DNA of 52,390 nt from Candidatus Poseidoniaceae archaeon. Lineage in GTDB: Archaea; Thermoplasmatota; Poseidoniia; Poseidoniales; Poseidoniaceae. Position numbers and translations under genes: made by a program. The notes below the pieces were generated by a model. It did not search any database. It was given only the letters and a program-made list of their open reading frames with translations, and had not been told where the DNA came from. The stretch is taken from the NCBI GenBank assembly GCA_049623485.1, contig JBMZTB010000004.1, positions 1-52,390 on the forward strand, in the 5' to 3' direction. Of the stretch, positions 1-9,314 are shown piece by piece (the first letter of the stretch is position 1; each line of letters opens with the position of its first letter).

Positions 1-111
1 TTCGTTTTGAAGTTCTGTTGGTGTCCAATTTCCATCAACGAGTACCCAATACCCATCATCACTTACCTGCGGCGCTGTTTGTGCCGCAGGTTGTTGCATT
101 GGTGTTTGCAT
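1..111 (-). CDS. 5' end of a hypothetical protein running off the window (MQTPMQQPAAQTAPQVSDDGYWVLVDGNWTPTELQNE...)
   Basis: Manual translation gives an open frame from ATG at 111 to the window edge. An AT-rich TATA-like box lies ~24 nt upstream, suggesting a leaderless gene. Trp-rich SDDGYW..DGNW motif. Confidence 0.6.
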   Translation of the reverse strand, partial: MQTPMQQPAAQTAPQVSDDGYWVLVDGNWTPTELQNE

Positions 112-291
112 GTAAAAATTAAGTAATGATACTAATTATATTTTTTTCACTACTTTGTTGGAATCATCAACTAATCGATTCGGGTGGTTGTAAGGCGTTA
201 TACGAAACCCTTTGCATTTTATTATCCGATACAAAGAGGATTCAGTGGGTCTTGTCAGACGCTAGGTCAAAGATTCAGTAGATTCAACGGA

Positions 292-441
292 TTATTTAAT
301 CCGTCGAGAATGTTGTTGGCGCTTCTCAACTTCTGCAAATTTCTTTTTGATTTTCCAAATAAGAAATCGGGCAGCAATTGCTAGTGCAACAATGTTCACA
401 ACAAGTAGGAACCACTCTATAGTACCCCACTCTTCGAACAT
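292..441 (-). CDS. 49-aa single-pass membrane microprotein (MFEEWGTIEWFLLVVNIVALAIAARFLIWKIKKKFAEVEKRQQHSRRIK)
   Basis: Manual translation, below the ORF-track cutoff. ATG lies 10 nt after the ferredoxin stop, with a GAGGGG SD. Hydrophobic helix followed by a basic tail. Confidence 0.65.
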   Translation of the reverse strand: MFEEWGTIEWFLLVVNIVALAIAARFLIWKIKKKFAEVEKRQQHSRRIK

Positions 442-450
442 CTAATCCCC

Positions 451-747
451 TCATAATGGTGGTCGAAGATCGATATCAACATCACCGCTTGGACATCCAA
501 TACATCCAAGTCTTGCTCCGTCTTCAACCACATCTTGGTCCAAACCAGGTGGTAATATCTCAGGTAGTGGAACATTGCCAGACAGAAGAGTCACCATGCA
601 CGTCCCACAAGTACCAGAAGTGCAGTTTGTAGGAATAGAGACACCAGCATCTTCAGCAAGTTCAACGAGAGTAAAATCCGCTTGTACAGTTGCTTGTCCA
701 AGCAATTGTATTCCTCGGAAAAACCGAACAACTGCATCTGAAGAGAT
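451..747 (-). CDS. 2Fe-2S ferredoxin (plant/adrenodoxin-type fold); start uncertain (ATC at 747 or TTG at 705)
   Basis: CTSGTCGTC...RLGC cysteine pattern. The frame is open upstream of 705 (ISSDAVVRFFRGIQLLGQATV), and the SD GAGGTGA lies 4 nt before ATC at 747. Confidence 0.85.
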   Translation of the reverse strand: MSSDAVVRFFRGIQLLGQATVQADFTLVELAEDAGVSIPTNCTSGTCGTCMVTLLSGNVPLPEILPPGLDQDVVEDGARLGCIGCPSGDVDIDLRPPL

Positions 748-756
748 GGTTTCACC

Positions 757-1848
757 TCAGCGACCAGGCTTGTTTCGAGTCCAACGACCAGTTTGCTTGT
801 TGAAGAACAATCCTGCCTTCTTCATCCACTTGTTGAACTTCGTTGCACCTGCGCCTGTACGTAGAATGAAGTCTTCACGATCTTCTTGCGCTTGGATGTA
901 ACCTTTGACAGCCAACGTTTGGTCAATCCAATCGTTGATGTCCATGAGGCCTCCGGTAAGGCCGGATGATTCGACTTCAGCGCTGATAAGGTCAGCAGTA
1001 GCTCCGGTTGCTTCCAAATCCTTTCTAAGTTGTTCATTAACATCGGTTAGGCCAAGGTTCGCTGGCTTTGGCGGAACAGGATTTCGAGGCGCTTTATCGA
1101 CATCGATGATGATCCGGGAACCATTGTTGAGTTTCGCTTCTGCCATATCGCTGAGTGATGGAGTGAAACTCGTCTCACATTCCCAACAGATCAATGCATA
1201 TTCTTCGCTTCGGTCAGTATCTCTCGATGAACGAGGATCCATTTCATCACCGCACTCGGGGCATGCGTGGAAAATAAGTGCAGGAACGTGCTTGCGTCGG
1301 AAATCGACGATGTCTTGAGGGGTTCCCTCAAGTTCCAACATTTCATGGTCACGAGCAGCTTCTAACCCTCGTGTTTCGAGTTGGTCACGAATCTTTACCT
1401 TCTGGTCGTCCTTTCCTTCATCATTAAGGCTGTTCTCAAGTTTAACAATCAATTCAACAGTCTTTCCAAGACGGTTCATGATGAGTTTCTTGTCTTTGAA
1501 TGCAGTGACTTTCGCCAACTTGATTCGTTCTTTTTGCTCTGCGAGTTCCGTCAAGACGTCTTTCTGCTTACGCTTGAATTTCATCTCTTCAATTCGACTC
1601 TCTTGTTTACGATCTGGAGCGAGAACTTTTGCTAGGAACCGTTCCTTTCCGTGACTCTGAGGTCCAGCGGTAATGATACTGATGACACCTTCTGCGATGT
1701 CGGGCTTCAGTCCATAATTTTCAATGAGTTTCTCAGAATCGATTTTTTTCAAATCGCCAATTTTTAGACCCGCATCAGCGAGTAGTTGAGCAGTTGTATC
1801 ATCGATTCCTCGACGAAGTAACGCGAGATATGTGTCCTTCTTTGCCAT
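757..1848 (-). CDS. Hypothetical protein with N-terminal HhH-like helical domain, coiled coil and C4 zinc ribbon
   Basis: RRGIDDTTAQLLADAGL..GDLKK HhH-like pattern and CPEC-x19-CWEC motif. ATG at 1848 is preceded by the SD GGAGGGG; the track start at 1983 overlaps rsmA. Confidence 0.75.
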   Translation of the reverse strand: MAKKDTYLALLRRGIDDTTAQLLADAGLKIGDLKKIDSEKLIENYGLKPDIAEGVISIITAGPQSHGKERFLAKVLAPDRKQESRIEEMKFKRKQKDVLTELAEQKERIKLAKVTAFKDKKLIMNRLGKTVELIVKLENSLNDEGKDDQKVKIRDQLETRGLEAARDHEMLELEGTPQDIVDFRRKHVPALIFHACPECGDEMDPRSSRDTDRSEEYALICWECETSFTPSLSDMAEAKLNNGSRIIIDVDKAPRNPVPPKPANLGLTDVNEQLRKDLEATGATADLISAEVESSGLTGGLMDINDWIDQTLAVKGYIQAQEDREDFILRTGAGATKFNKWMKKAGLFFNKQTGRWTRNKPGR

Positions 1849-1927
1849 AACATCCCCTCCGACAATGTAAGCCGAGGGAGCGTTCCTAAGAAAACCCTCC
1901 CCCGTAACTGTTCGGTAATAATGGCTC

Positions 1928-2794
1928 TTAATTCGAGCCTTTTTCAACCCCCACAGCGAGTTCAACCCAATCATCGAGTTCAAGTGATTCAGGGCGCAAA
2001 TCCATTAGTTCATGATCAGTAAGTGATGAGATTGAATCCTTCCATCGCTGAGCATGCCAGCCTTTGAGACGAGATATTCTTCGAGGCGCACGCTTCAAAG
2101 TACTCCTTATTTTCTTTCTCCTTTCTGCAAAGGCTTGGTGAATCATCATACGAATCAGCCGTTTGTCAGCTGGCCATATTGTTTGGTGAGGATGAAGTGA
2201 AACGACTTGGGAGTGCACCGCCGGCTGAGGGCTGAAACTGTGCGGGGCTACAACATGGTGTTCCTCAACATTCCAATCGAGTGCCACAGTCATGCCTAAT
2301 GAGCCAACATCACTTGGATGTGCCATCGTTAAACGCTGAGCAAATTCTTGTTGAACCATTAAGAGAACAGATTGCAGGTTTGTTTCGTTCAATGCGTTGA
2401 ATTTTGTGATCTTTTCAATCAAAGGGGAGGAAATCTGGTATGGTATATTCGACACAATTTTGGTGATCGATTTGGGCCATTCTACAATCAGAGCATCTCC
2501 ATGTAAAAGGGTGAAATGATCGTTGTTTTGCTGTTCTGAAAAGACGTTGTCAAGATGAAGAACAGGCCCATCATCAAGTTCGATAGCAGTGACCTTTGCT
2601 CCTGTTTCTAAGAGTGCTTGAGTCAATGTTCCTGGGCCTGGTCCGATTTCAAGAACATGGTCATTGGGTGAAACCTCTGCTAATTCGACCATGACATTGA
2701 GAAGTTGATCATCGACAAGAAAATGTTGACCTAAGTCCGTATTTGGTGGCTGGTACGCACGCAGGGAATCAATCAAATCTCTTGCTGATCTCAT
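1928..2794 (-). CDS. rsmA: 16S rRNA (adenine-N6,N6)-dimethyltransferase KsgA/RsmA
   Basis: LGQHFL, VLEIGPGPGTLT, VSNIPYQISSP and F.PQPAVHS motifs. Conserved position after DUF655. Confidence 0.95.
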   Translation of the reverse strand: MRSARDLIDSLRAYQPPNTDLGQHFLVDDQLLNVMVELAEVSPNDHVLEIGPGPGTLTQALLETGAKVTAIELDDGPVLHLDNVFSEQQNNDHFTLLHGDALIVEWPKSITKIVSNIPYQISSPLIEKITKFNALNETNLQSVLLMVQQEFAQRLTMAHPSDVGSLGMTVALDWNVEEHHVVAPHSFSPQPAVHSQVVSLHPHQTIWPADKRLIRMMIHQAFAERRKKIRSTLKRAPRRISRLKGWHAQRWKDSISSLTDHELMDLRPESLELDDWVELAVGVEKGSN

Positions 2795-3549
2795 GCATTC
2801 ACCGGAAATAGATGATCGATCAATCGCGGTTGGAGTGTTCTATCCTCAATCTCAGAGAAGAATCTGCGGGCTAGTAATTCTGCAGCGTCAATGCCACACT
2901 TTTCATTTAATTCAGCCATTGAAGCGAATCCTGATGAACCACGTAATTCGACCATTTGCTGTGCCTTTTTGTTCCCGATACCATCAAGAAGTTCGAAAGC
3001 ATGCTGCTTGAGTGATAGGTTTCCGGCTTTGTTGAAGAAAGATTTGATGAAGTACATTCCGAATTCCTCCACAAATAATTGAATGATGAGTGGGAAGTCC
3101 AACTTTGCTGAATTGCTCATTCGATCGAGTTTCGCTCCACCAAGAATGGTTCCCTTTGGAGTACCTTTTCCGTTTCCAATATAAATTCTTGAACTTGGAA
3201 GAAGAACTTCTGATGATTCGATGCCAATACGGCATGGAATAAGAGTCTCTTCTGTAAATCCAGTAATAACGCCTTCAGAAGCATCGAACTCAACGATACG
3301 GACCCATTCAGCATCATACAAGGGGGAAGCGTCCTTGCGGCGCTGCTGTGGACGTTGTTGACGAGGACCTCTTCGATTGCCTCGTTGTTGTGGACGTTGT
3401 TGCCTTTGTTGGCCGCTCGATTGCTCTGGCTTTTTCTGAGGCTTGGGAATTTCCTTCCGTCCTGTTGCAGGCGGAGGCATACTCGTGTCAACATCAGGTG
3501 TTGACTTGTGAAATTTACGAGGCGTATAGTCGCGGCCTGGGCGGCTCAT
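2791..3549 (-). CDS. DUF655 family putative RNA-binding protein with Q/R-rich N-terminal extension
   Basis: FFNKAGNLSLKQHAFELLDGIGNKKA HhH signature. Canonical position between rpo4 and rsmA. Confidence 0.85.
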   Translation of the reverse strand: MSRPGRDYTPRKFHKSTPDVDTSMPPPATGRKEIPKPQKKPEQSSGQQRQQRPQQRGNRRGPRQQRPQQRRKDASPLYDAEWVRIVEFDASEGVITGFTEETLIPCRIGIESSEVLLPSSRIYIGNGKGTPKGTILGGAKLDRMSNSAKLDFPLIIQLFVEEFGMYFIKSFFNKAGNLSLKQHAFELLDGIGNKKAQQMVELRGSSGFASMAELNEKCGIDAAELLARRFFSEIEDRTLQPRLIDHLFPVNA

Positions 3550-3571
3550 GCGTGTTCACTTCCTTAGGGGT

Positions 3572-3934
3572 TTATTCAACACCAATGTGTTGACGCACAA
3601 GTTCGAGAACTGTGTTGACATCTCCGTCATCTATGGAAGCACGGCGGCTTGCCATTACGGCTTTGATCTCAAGGTCTGTCATTGGCATGAGTTCGGCTAA
3701 CTTAGCAGCCAATTCTGGATATTTTTCGAACGCAGGTACTTCAGCAATAGCGGCTTTGAGTTCTTCAAACACAGCGGAATCGGTTGGGTATCCATTTCGA
3801 TTCTCACTTGCAGCCCATTCAGCATGGAAAAGAGCAGCACGTTGTTCGTAGGTCAAATCTCTACGGCGTTCTTGAGCACCCTTGAGCAAGTCTCGGACGG
3901 TAGCAAAATCAACAATTTTTTCTTCTTCGGTCAT
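3572..3934 (-). CDS. rpo4: DNA-directed RNA polymerase subunit Rpo4 (F)
   Basis: LTYEQRAAL..A and AAKLAELMP motifs. Synteny with rpl21e and DUF655. Confidence 0.85.
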   Translation of the reverse strand: MTEEEKIVDFATVRDLLKGAQERRRDLTYEQRAALFHAEWAASENRNGYPTDSAVFEELKAAIAEVPAFEKYPELAAKLAELMPMTDLEIKAVMASRRASIDDGDVNTVLELVRQHIGVE

Positions 3935-3943
3935 GAAAATCAC

Positions 3944-4234
3944 TCACTCCAACGGACGGAGGTGTTCTGGACGGGCGATGACAGTTTTCTGCATGTTTCC
4001 ATCCTTGACTGCAACGACCCAAGCAACACCTTGTCGGCGTGTAATGAATCCAGTTCTTCCATTGAATCGGCGATGAGGCATACCCATTTGCTGTCCACCG
4101 TCAAGAACGATAGCAACGCGGTCACCTTCTTCGTAGTTGTGCATAACACGACTGATGTATGTGCGTGAACGGTCCTTTCGTCGTCGACGTAGAACGCTTC
4201 TTGTACCTACTCTTTGTCCCTTGGATCGCTTCAT
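3944..4234 (-). CDS. rpl21e: 50S ribosomal protein eL21 (L21e)
   Basis: GMPHRRFNGRTG and ARPEHLRP motifs. Confidence 0.97.
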   Translation of the reverse strand: MKRSKGQRVGTRSVLRRRRKDRSRTYISRVMHNYEEGDRVAIVLDGGQQMGMPHRRFNGRTGFITRRQGVAWVVAVKDGNMQKTVIARPEHLRPLE

Positions 4235-4332
4235 TTTAGTGGCCCCCAGTATTCGAAATCAGCATTACGCTTGTTCGAAGCAACTTTGCGACCGACCCAC
4301 TGCATATAAGCACCGCGATGAATCAATACGCT

Positions 4333-6045
4333 TCAATCTGCGTGAATATCTCCGACATCGAGCCATTCAACAGTGCATTTTGCTTTGATGAGTGAAGCCA
4401 TGGATGGTTGCGTACGTCCATCATCTCCATGGACGGTTTCTTTGACATATGTTCCAGATTCACACCTGAGTGTAAATTCAACTGCAAGATTCCCATTATC
4501 AAGTGTTTCAACACTTGGATTGTTGGTCTCTATGACCCTTCTTCTTCGAACGAGATCAGCTCTTCGGTGGGCAACGCGTTCAGGTGTTCTTTGAGCAAGA
4601 TTAACACCTTCTAACTTCTCTATGATGTCCAAAACCGCTGCCTTATCTGGAAGCGGAAGCATTTCAACGGGCCCAGGATTTGTTTCAAGAAGTTGTTCAA
4701 TGAGAACTGCCTTTGTACCTTTGGAAAGACATGAACGCTCTTCACACAAAGCTACGAGTTCGTCTTTCTTTAGTTTCTTTAATTCAGATTCTTCAAGAAT
4801 TTCAAGTTCAATCTTCTGAAGAGGTTTCTTCGGATTATCCTTCTTGTCTCCTCTATGTCGTTGTTTTCTGCGCCCTCTTCCTCCTCGTTGTTGGACATCT
4901 TCTTTGGTCATGTCGAGAGGTGCTACGAGGACATCATACTCTGATTGTGAAATCGGTTCAACAAGGAATCGAATGGTGTATGATTTTTCAGCAGGAGTGT
5001 CCTTTACGCGTACAACTTCACTTCGATTAGATGCGCGAAAGTGTGAAACTTCGATTGCCCCATTTGCTTCTTGATTGACAAGATTCATTGCTTCCTCGTA
5101 ATCGATTGACCATCGTTTTGGTTCTTTGATTTCAAAGACGAAGGGCCTGCCACGTCCCAAACAACGTACATCGATGTCTTCTCGACCCATGCCATGGAAG
5201 GCATGTTCCTTTCCATCAAAGAATTTCATCAGTGGTTCGCCGATGAGATCTTGCACACTTGAAGGATATTGTTGACCAGTTTGTTCACAACGCTGACACC
5301 CTCTTCCTTTGCAAGCACGACAAGGCCATCTTGTCTGAGGAATTCCGCGAGCAAGTTTTCGATAGCGCCCGTAGATGTAGGCGCTTCGAATATCCAGCGT
5401 GACTGTGAGCGTCAATACATCGATGAGGGCTAATACGTCTGGTTTATCGTTGACGATATCAATCGATTCGAGGTTGGATTTTACAATTGAAGATACTGCT
5501 GAAACGAGAGATGGCTTAAACGGATCAGATCCTCCTGCACCGTATCGTTTGCGAATCAGCTCTTCTTGTTCGATTTGATCTTTAGGAATGCGTGCACCAA
5601 TTTGCAGTTTATTGATATCATAGTGTTCAAGAGCATCCTGAATTAATTCGGCAAGGAGGGAAGCCTCTTCGAATAGATTCTCACAAAATGGGCAGAGAGG
5701 AATCTCTTGACGGATGTTCATCAATCGTTCGTTGCCTTCACTTATCGTTGAACGAATGAGTTGACCCGATTCCTCAGCAGTTTGTTGGAAGGATTTTTTC
5801 CCTCCCAACCTACCGAGACACGAATCACATGTGCCCATTCGAAGCAAATGCTTCAATCCAGCAGGCGATGGAGCGCGTGATATTTCTTCAGTATGAGAAT
5901 CAAGTTGTTCTGGTTCATCGAACTGAGTGTTTTCCTCTGGTTGTTCTTCAACTTCATCCCAAAGTGAATAATCGGTTGATCCAAAGCCAGAATTGGCGTA
6001 CTGCATCCAATCTTCATCATCATCTGGTGTTGTTTCATCAACCAT
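4333..6045 (-). CDS. pus10: tRNA pseudouridine(54/55) synthase Pus10 with an internal basic/SAP-like insertion
   Basis: CxxC zinc sites, YGRYRKLARGIPQTRW, catalytic GREDIDVR, QRTPERVAHRRAD and GTYVKE motifs. Confidence 0.95.
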   Translation of the reverse strand: MVDETTPDDDEDWMQYANSGFGSTDYSLWDEVEEQPEENTQFDEPEQLDSHTEEISRAPSPAGLKHLLRMGTCDSCLGRLGGKKSFQQTAEESGQLIRSTISEGNERLMNIRQEIPLCPFCENLFEEASLLAELIQDALEHYDINKLQIGARIPKDQIEQEELIRKRYGAGGSDPFKPSLVSAVSSIVKSNLESIDIVNDKPDVLALIDVLTLTVTLDIRSAYIYGRYRKLARGIPQTRWPCRACKGRGCQRCEQTGQQYPSSVQDLIGEPLMKFFDGKEHAFHGMGREDIDVRCLGRGRPFVFEIKEPKRWSIDYEEAMNLVNQEANGAIEVSHFRASNRSEVVRVKDTPAEKSYTIRFLVEPISQSEYDVLVAPLDMTKEDVQQRGGRGRRKQRHRGDKKDNPKKPLQKIELEILEESELKKLKKDELVALCEERSCLSKGTKAVLIEQLLETNPGPVEMLPLPDKAAVLDIIEKLEGVNLAQRTPERVAHRRADLVRRRRVIETNNPSVETLDNGNLAVEFTLRCESGTYVKETVHGDDGRTQPSMASLIKAKCTVEWLDVGDIHAD

Positions 6046-6123
6046 TTTCTCACCTACCGCCGGTGGGACAACCCATTCGACCGCACACTTGCGTGAGCAC
6101 TTCCCTTCAAGAACGCACCGATT

Positions 6124-9100
6124 CTATTCTTCTTCGCTTTGTCCAATTTTCGTCGTCTGATGAAGCAATCCAAGTGCAGCGGTTGTGAGAACAAGGCTTG
6201 CAATCAAAGAGAGGAAAATCATTGCAGCTGAGAAGATGCCAAAGTTGCTAAACAAGCCCATTGGAGATAGTGCGATTACGGAGAATCCCGCGATATCAGA
6301 TGCAGCGCTTCCAATGAGAGCTAATCCACACGCTCCACCTACTGCATGGAGTGCTTGTTCGTGACTTTCGCCCTTTTCTCGACTTTCCCGATACCGTTCT
6401 GTGACGTGTATGCAATAGTCGATTCCAACTCCGAGTGATATGGTTGCAATCGTCACTGTCACAATGTTCAAACTAGCACCAGTAACCTGCATCAGGCCAT
6501 ACAACCAAACGACGACAAGTAGAATTGGTCCAAGCGTCACTAAGGCTTGTTTAATTGAACGGAAGCCAATTGCAAGAGAAATAAACACGAAAACTGAGCC
6601 AAGAACCAGCGAAGATTGCATTTCGTTTTGCATTTCAGTGGAGGCAACAAAACGTGTGACCGGCCGTCCTGTTGTCATAACCCATGTCAGAGGTTTTTCT
6701 TCCGTGGGAGCAGTTCCTGGAGTGTCTTGCGTCCCTGTTGAAAGATTGGTAAAGACTTCGAGATCTCTCCACAATTCATCCATCGCAGGGCCCATGCTTG
6801 GGAAGTCTTCAGGGCCAGTAATTCCGAATCGAATGAGCATGTGGTTGTATTGAGCAGGTTCTCCATTAATGTCGAGCCATGGTTTGACTGGATTCAATTC
6901 CACCTCTGGCATAATGTAAAGGCTAACGATGCTCGATGGAATTGATGGAATAGGACCGATGCCAGGAACGCCTTCAAGGGTTAGGAAACCGAACATGAAG
7001 GCGAGACAATCTCGATCGCTGGTATCGAGGAATCCAATTTGAGTGGTTGTGCAATTCATACCGTTTCCTTCTACTTCAGAATCCCAACCTCGGGCCTTGA
7101 ACGGTTCAGGGTCTAGAATCAATGAACCTTGGGCGGCAAACAGCAATTCGTCTATGGCAAGCAAGTCGATGTTTCCGTCAGGTGTGCGCGTGATTTTTTC
7201 TGGAACACCTTCCTCAACGCTGTTCATTTCAGTCCTAAACAAATCAATCCCTTCGTAGACTCTTGGGTCAAGAACATCGCCTTCAATCAACAACATCGCA
7301 GGCTCGCCCTCATCAGAAAAACGTTCATTGACGATGTTGACTCCTTGAGCGAAGTCTGAGGATTCATCAAGGAAATCTTCGACTGCAAAGTCACCTTCTA
7401 GGTTTGACATAGCGATGCTTGCAGGAATTGTAATCAGGAGAGCAATAGTAGCCAAAACAAAGGAATTTCGGAATCGTCCGCTTTGAATTGTCACCCAACG
7501 AAGCCATTTTTCTGGAACAAGATGAGTGATGTGTTTTTCTTCAAGTTTCTTTTTCTTTTTCTTTTCCAGCCATTCATCAACACTCAATCGAAGGATTGGA
7601 ACCCAAAGACCAGTGAGAAGGAAGGCAGCAAGAATTCCCATTGCGGCTTCAACTCCAAACGATCTTAGTGCAGCAATATCCGAGAATAGGTTGGCTGAAA
7701 ATGCAGCCATGGTTGTGATTGATGTGAGAAGAATTGCTCTGCCAACACGATTGAGCGTTATCGTCCCAGATTCAGTTGGAGATTTTCCGTTTCGACGCTC
7801 CTCTTTGTAGCGATGTAATGCATGTAGGGAATCATCGATACCTAACGCAAGAACAAGAATTGGTAACAGATTTGAAAATTGAGAGCGAGCTATAATTGAG
7901 ATGCCAAATAGGTTGGTAAACGATGAGAAATGGCCGATAAGACCCTGCATCCATAGCAAAGCTCCTCCCAATGCAACGACCACAATGGCAACATCGCTAA
8001 GCCGTCTCAAACTCACATAGAGGAGGCCCAAGATAATCAATCCCATGAGGAGAATCAATCCAGTTGAAGCTTGTAATTCTCGGTTAACCTCCACATTCAC
8101 TCCTTGACCTACAAGAAGTGTAAGAGATGTTCGATCATGAGACCTCAATGTCCCTTCCAAGTCCATGTAACTCCATTCAACTGAGCAGCCAGCGCCTTCT
8201 TCATCAACAAGTTCAGTACATGTTTCTTTATCGTATTGAGGTGGATGAAGCACAAGTTCACTATTTGCTACTCGATAACCTCCAATGACGAACCCATCAT
8301 CAGTTGATCTGATTGATTTCTCTTGCTTGGCATCCTTCCATACAACTTCCCAACCTTGCTCTTCTAGGGAGGCTCGGTCAAGTTGAACCAAAAGCCACGA
8401 GGCTGAGCCACTCCATCTTCCTGGTCCAGTCGTTTCATTTTGCCAATTCCCTTCACTATCGAGCGTTCCGCCAATAGGCCCGTCTTGTATCGATGTGAAG
8501 TCCGAAACGAATCCACGGTCGAGAGAAATCCAACGAAGGAAATCGTTGTTACTGCCCTCGGCCATTCGAGCAGCAGCCATATCGATGTGTGCCTGTGTGG
8601 TATTTTCATCATCAAAACTTAGGCAGTCCAGTGGAAAGCAATCTGTCCAGTTCGTTGGAGGAGGGGTCTGGATACCAAGCGGTGAAAGTCCAGGTTGAGT
8701 TAGAATGGATGTGTTGTTCATGAATCCTCGGAAGATGTCAGCAAGAGACATAACACCACTTGTCTGATGGCCAGTTACTTCGTTGACGAGTGGTTTGAGA
8801 GATTCTCCAAGTGGATGTTCGAGAACGAGTTTTGCCTTTGCATCAATCTCCTTGAGAATTGTAAGATTCAGGATTCCACCATCAGGCTGAGTGACTCCTT
8901 TCCATGCTTTTCCAGGCTCAAGAATGTCTGTGATGGGAGGAATGGATGCGTAGTCCGGAGTTCCTCCGTCAATAGTAGCGACAGGCTCCCATTCTTCCAA
9001 AGGCTCAACTTCGTTTGGATCTCGAACTGCAACGATAAATCCAAGAATAATTTCACTCGTTGGAAATTCATCATCAATGGTTGTTTGAGCAGAGAGTTCT

Positions 9101-9252
9101 GGAGATTCCATTTCATAGGATTCCATATCGATTGGCTGTAAAGCAGTAAGCGCCCCTGGAATCATAAGCAGTGTCAGAATAAACACGGCCACATGGACTC
9201 GTTTTCGGTGGGCAACGATTTTCGCTGCAACCCTAGAAAACCTGCTGCCCAT
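6124..9252 (-). CDS. MMPL/RND-family membrane transporter
   Basis: Two repeats, each a large extracytoplasmic loop plus TM bundle. LGIDDSLH and GVGIDYCIH motifs. Confidence 0.88.
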   Translation of the reverse strand: MGSRFSRVAAKIVAHRKRVHVAVFILTLLMIPGALTALQPIDMESYEMESPELSAQTTIDDEFPTSEIILGFIVAVRDPNEVEPLEEWEPVATIDGGTPDYASIPPITDILEPGKAWKGVTQPDGGILNLTILKEIDAKAKLVLEHPLGESLKPLVNEVTGHQTSGVMSLADIFRGFMNNTSILTQPGLSPLGIQTPPPTNWTDCFPLDCLSFDDENTTQAHIDMAAARMAEGSNNDFLRWISLDRGFVSDFTSIQDGPIGGTLDSEGNWQNETTGPGRWSGSASWLLVQLDRASLEEQGWEVVWKDAKQEKSIRSTDDGFVIGGYRVANSELVLHPPQYDKETCTELVDEEGAGCSVEWSYMDLEGTLRSHDRTSLTLLVGQGVNVEVNRELQASTGLILLMGLIILGLLYVSLRRLSDVAIVVVALGGALLWMQGLIGHFSSFTNLFGISIIARSQFSNLLPILVLALGIDDSLHALHRYKEERRNGKSPTESGTITLNRVGRAILLTSITTMAAFSANLFSDIAALRSFGVEAAMGILAAFLLTGLWVPILRLSVDEWLEKKKKKKLEEKHITHLVPEKWLRWVTIQSGRFRNSFVLATIALLITIPASIAMSNLEGDFAVEDFLDESSDFAQGVNIVNERFSDEGEPAMLLIEGDVLDPRVYEGIDLFRTEMNSVEEGVPEKITRTPDGNIDLLAIDELLFAAQGSLILDPEPFKARGWDSEVEGNGMNCTTTQIGFLDTSDRDCLAFMFGFLTLEGVPGIGPIPSIPSSIVSLYIMPEVELNPVKPWLDINGEPAQYNHMLIRFGITGPEDFPSMGPAMDELWRDLEVFTNLSTGTQDTPGTAPTEEKPLTWVMTTGRPVTRFVASTEMQNEMQSSLVLGSVFVFISLAIGFRSIKQALVTLGPILLVVVWLYGLMQVTGASLNIVTVTIATISLGVGIDYCIHVTERYRESREKGESHEQALHAVGGACGLALIGSAASDIAGFSVIALSPMGLFSNFGIFSAAMIFLSLIASLVLTTAALGLLHQTTKIGQSEEE

Positions 9253-9314
9253 GGTTTAGCCTAACCTTATCCTTCATCAATGGATGTATTCCAATTAAGA
9301 AACAAAATCAACGA

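Noticed and set aside
184-384. 66-aa plus-strand ORF
   Set aside because: Overlaps the better-supported minus-strand 49-aa membrane ORF and has no SD or motif.
757-759. TGA as selenocysteine joining the Zn-ribbon protein and ferredoxin
   Set aside because: The position is an interdomain linker rather than a Cys-equivalent site, no SECIS-like element was recognised, and the TGA is part of an SD for the downstream gene.
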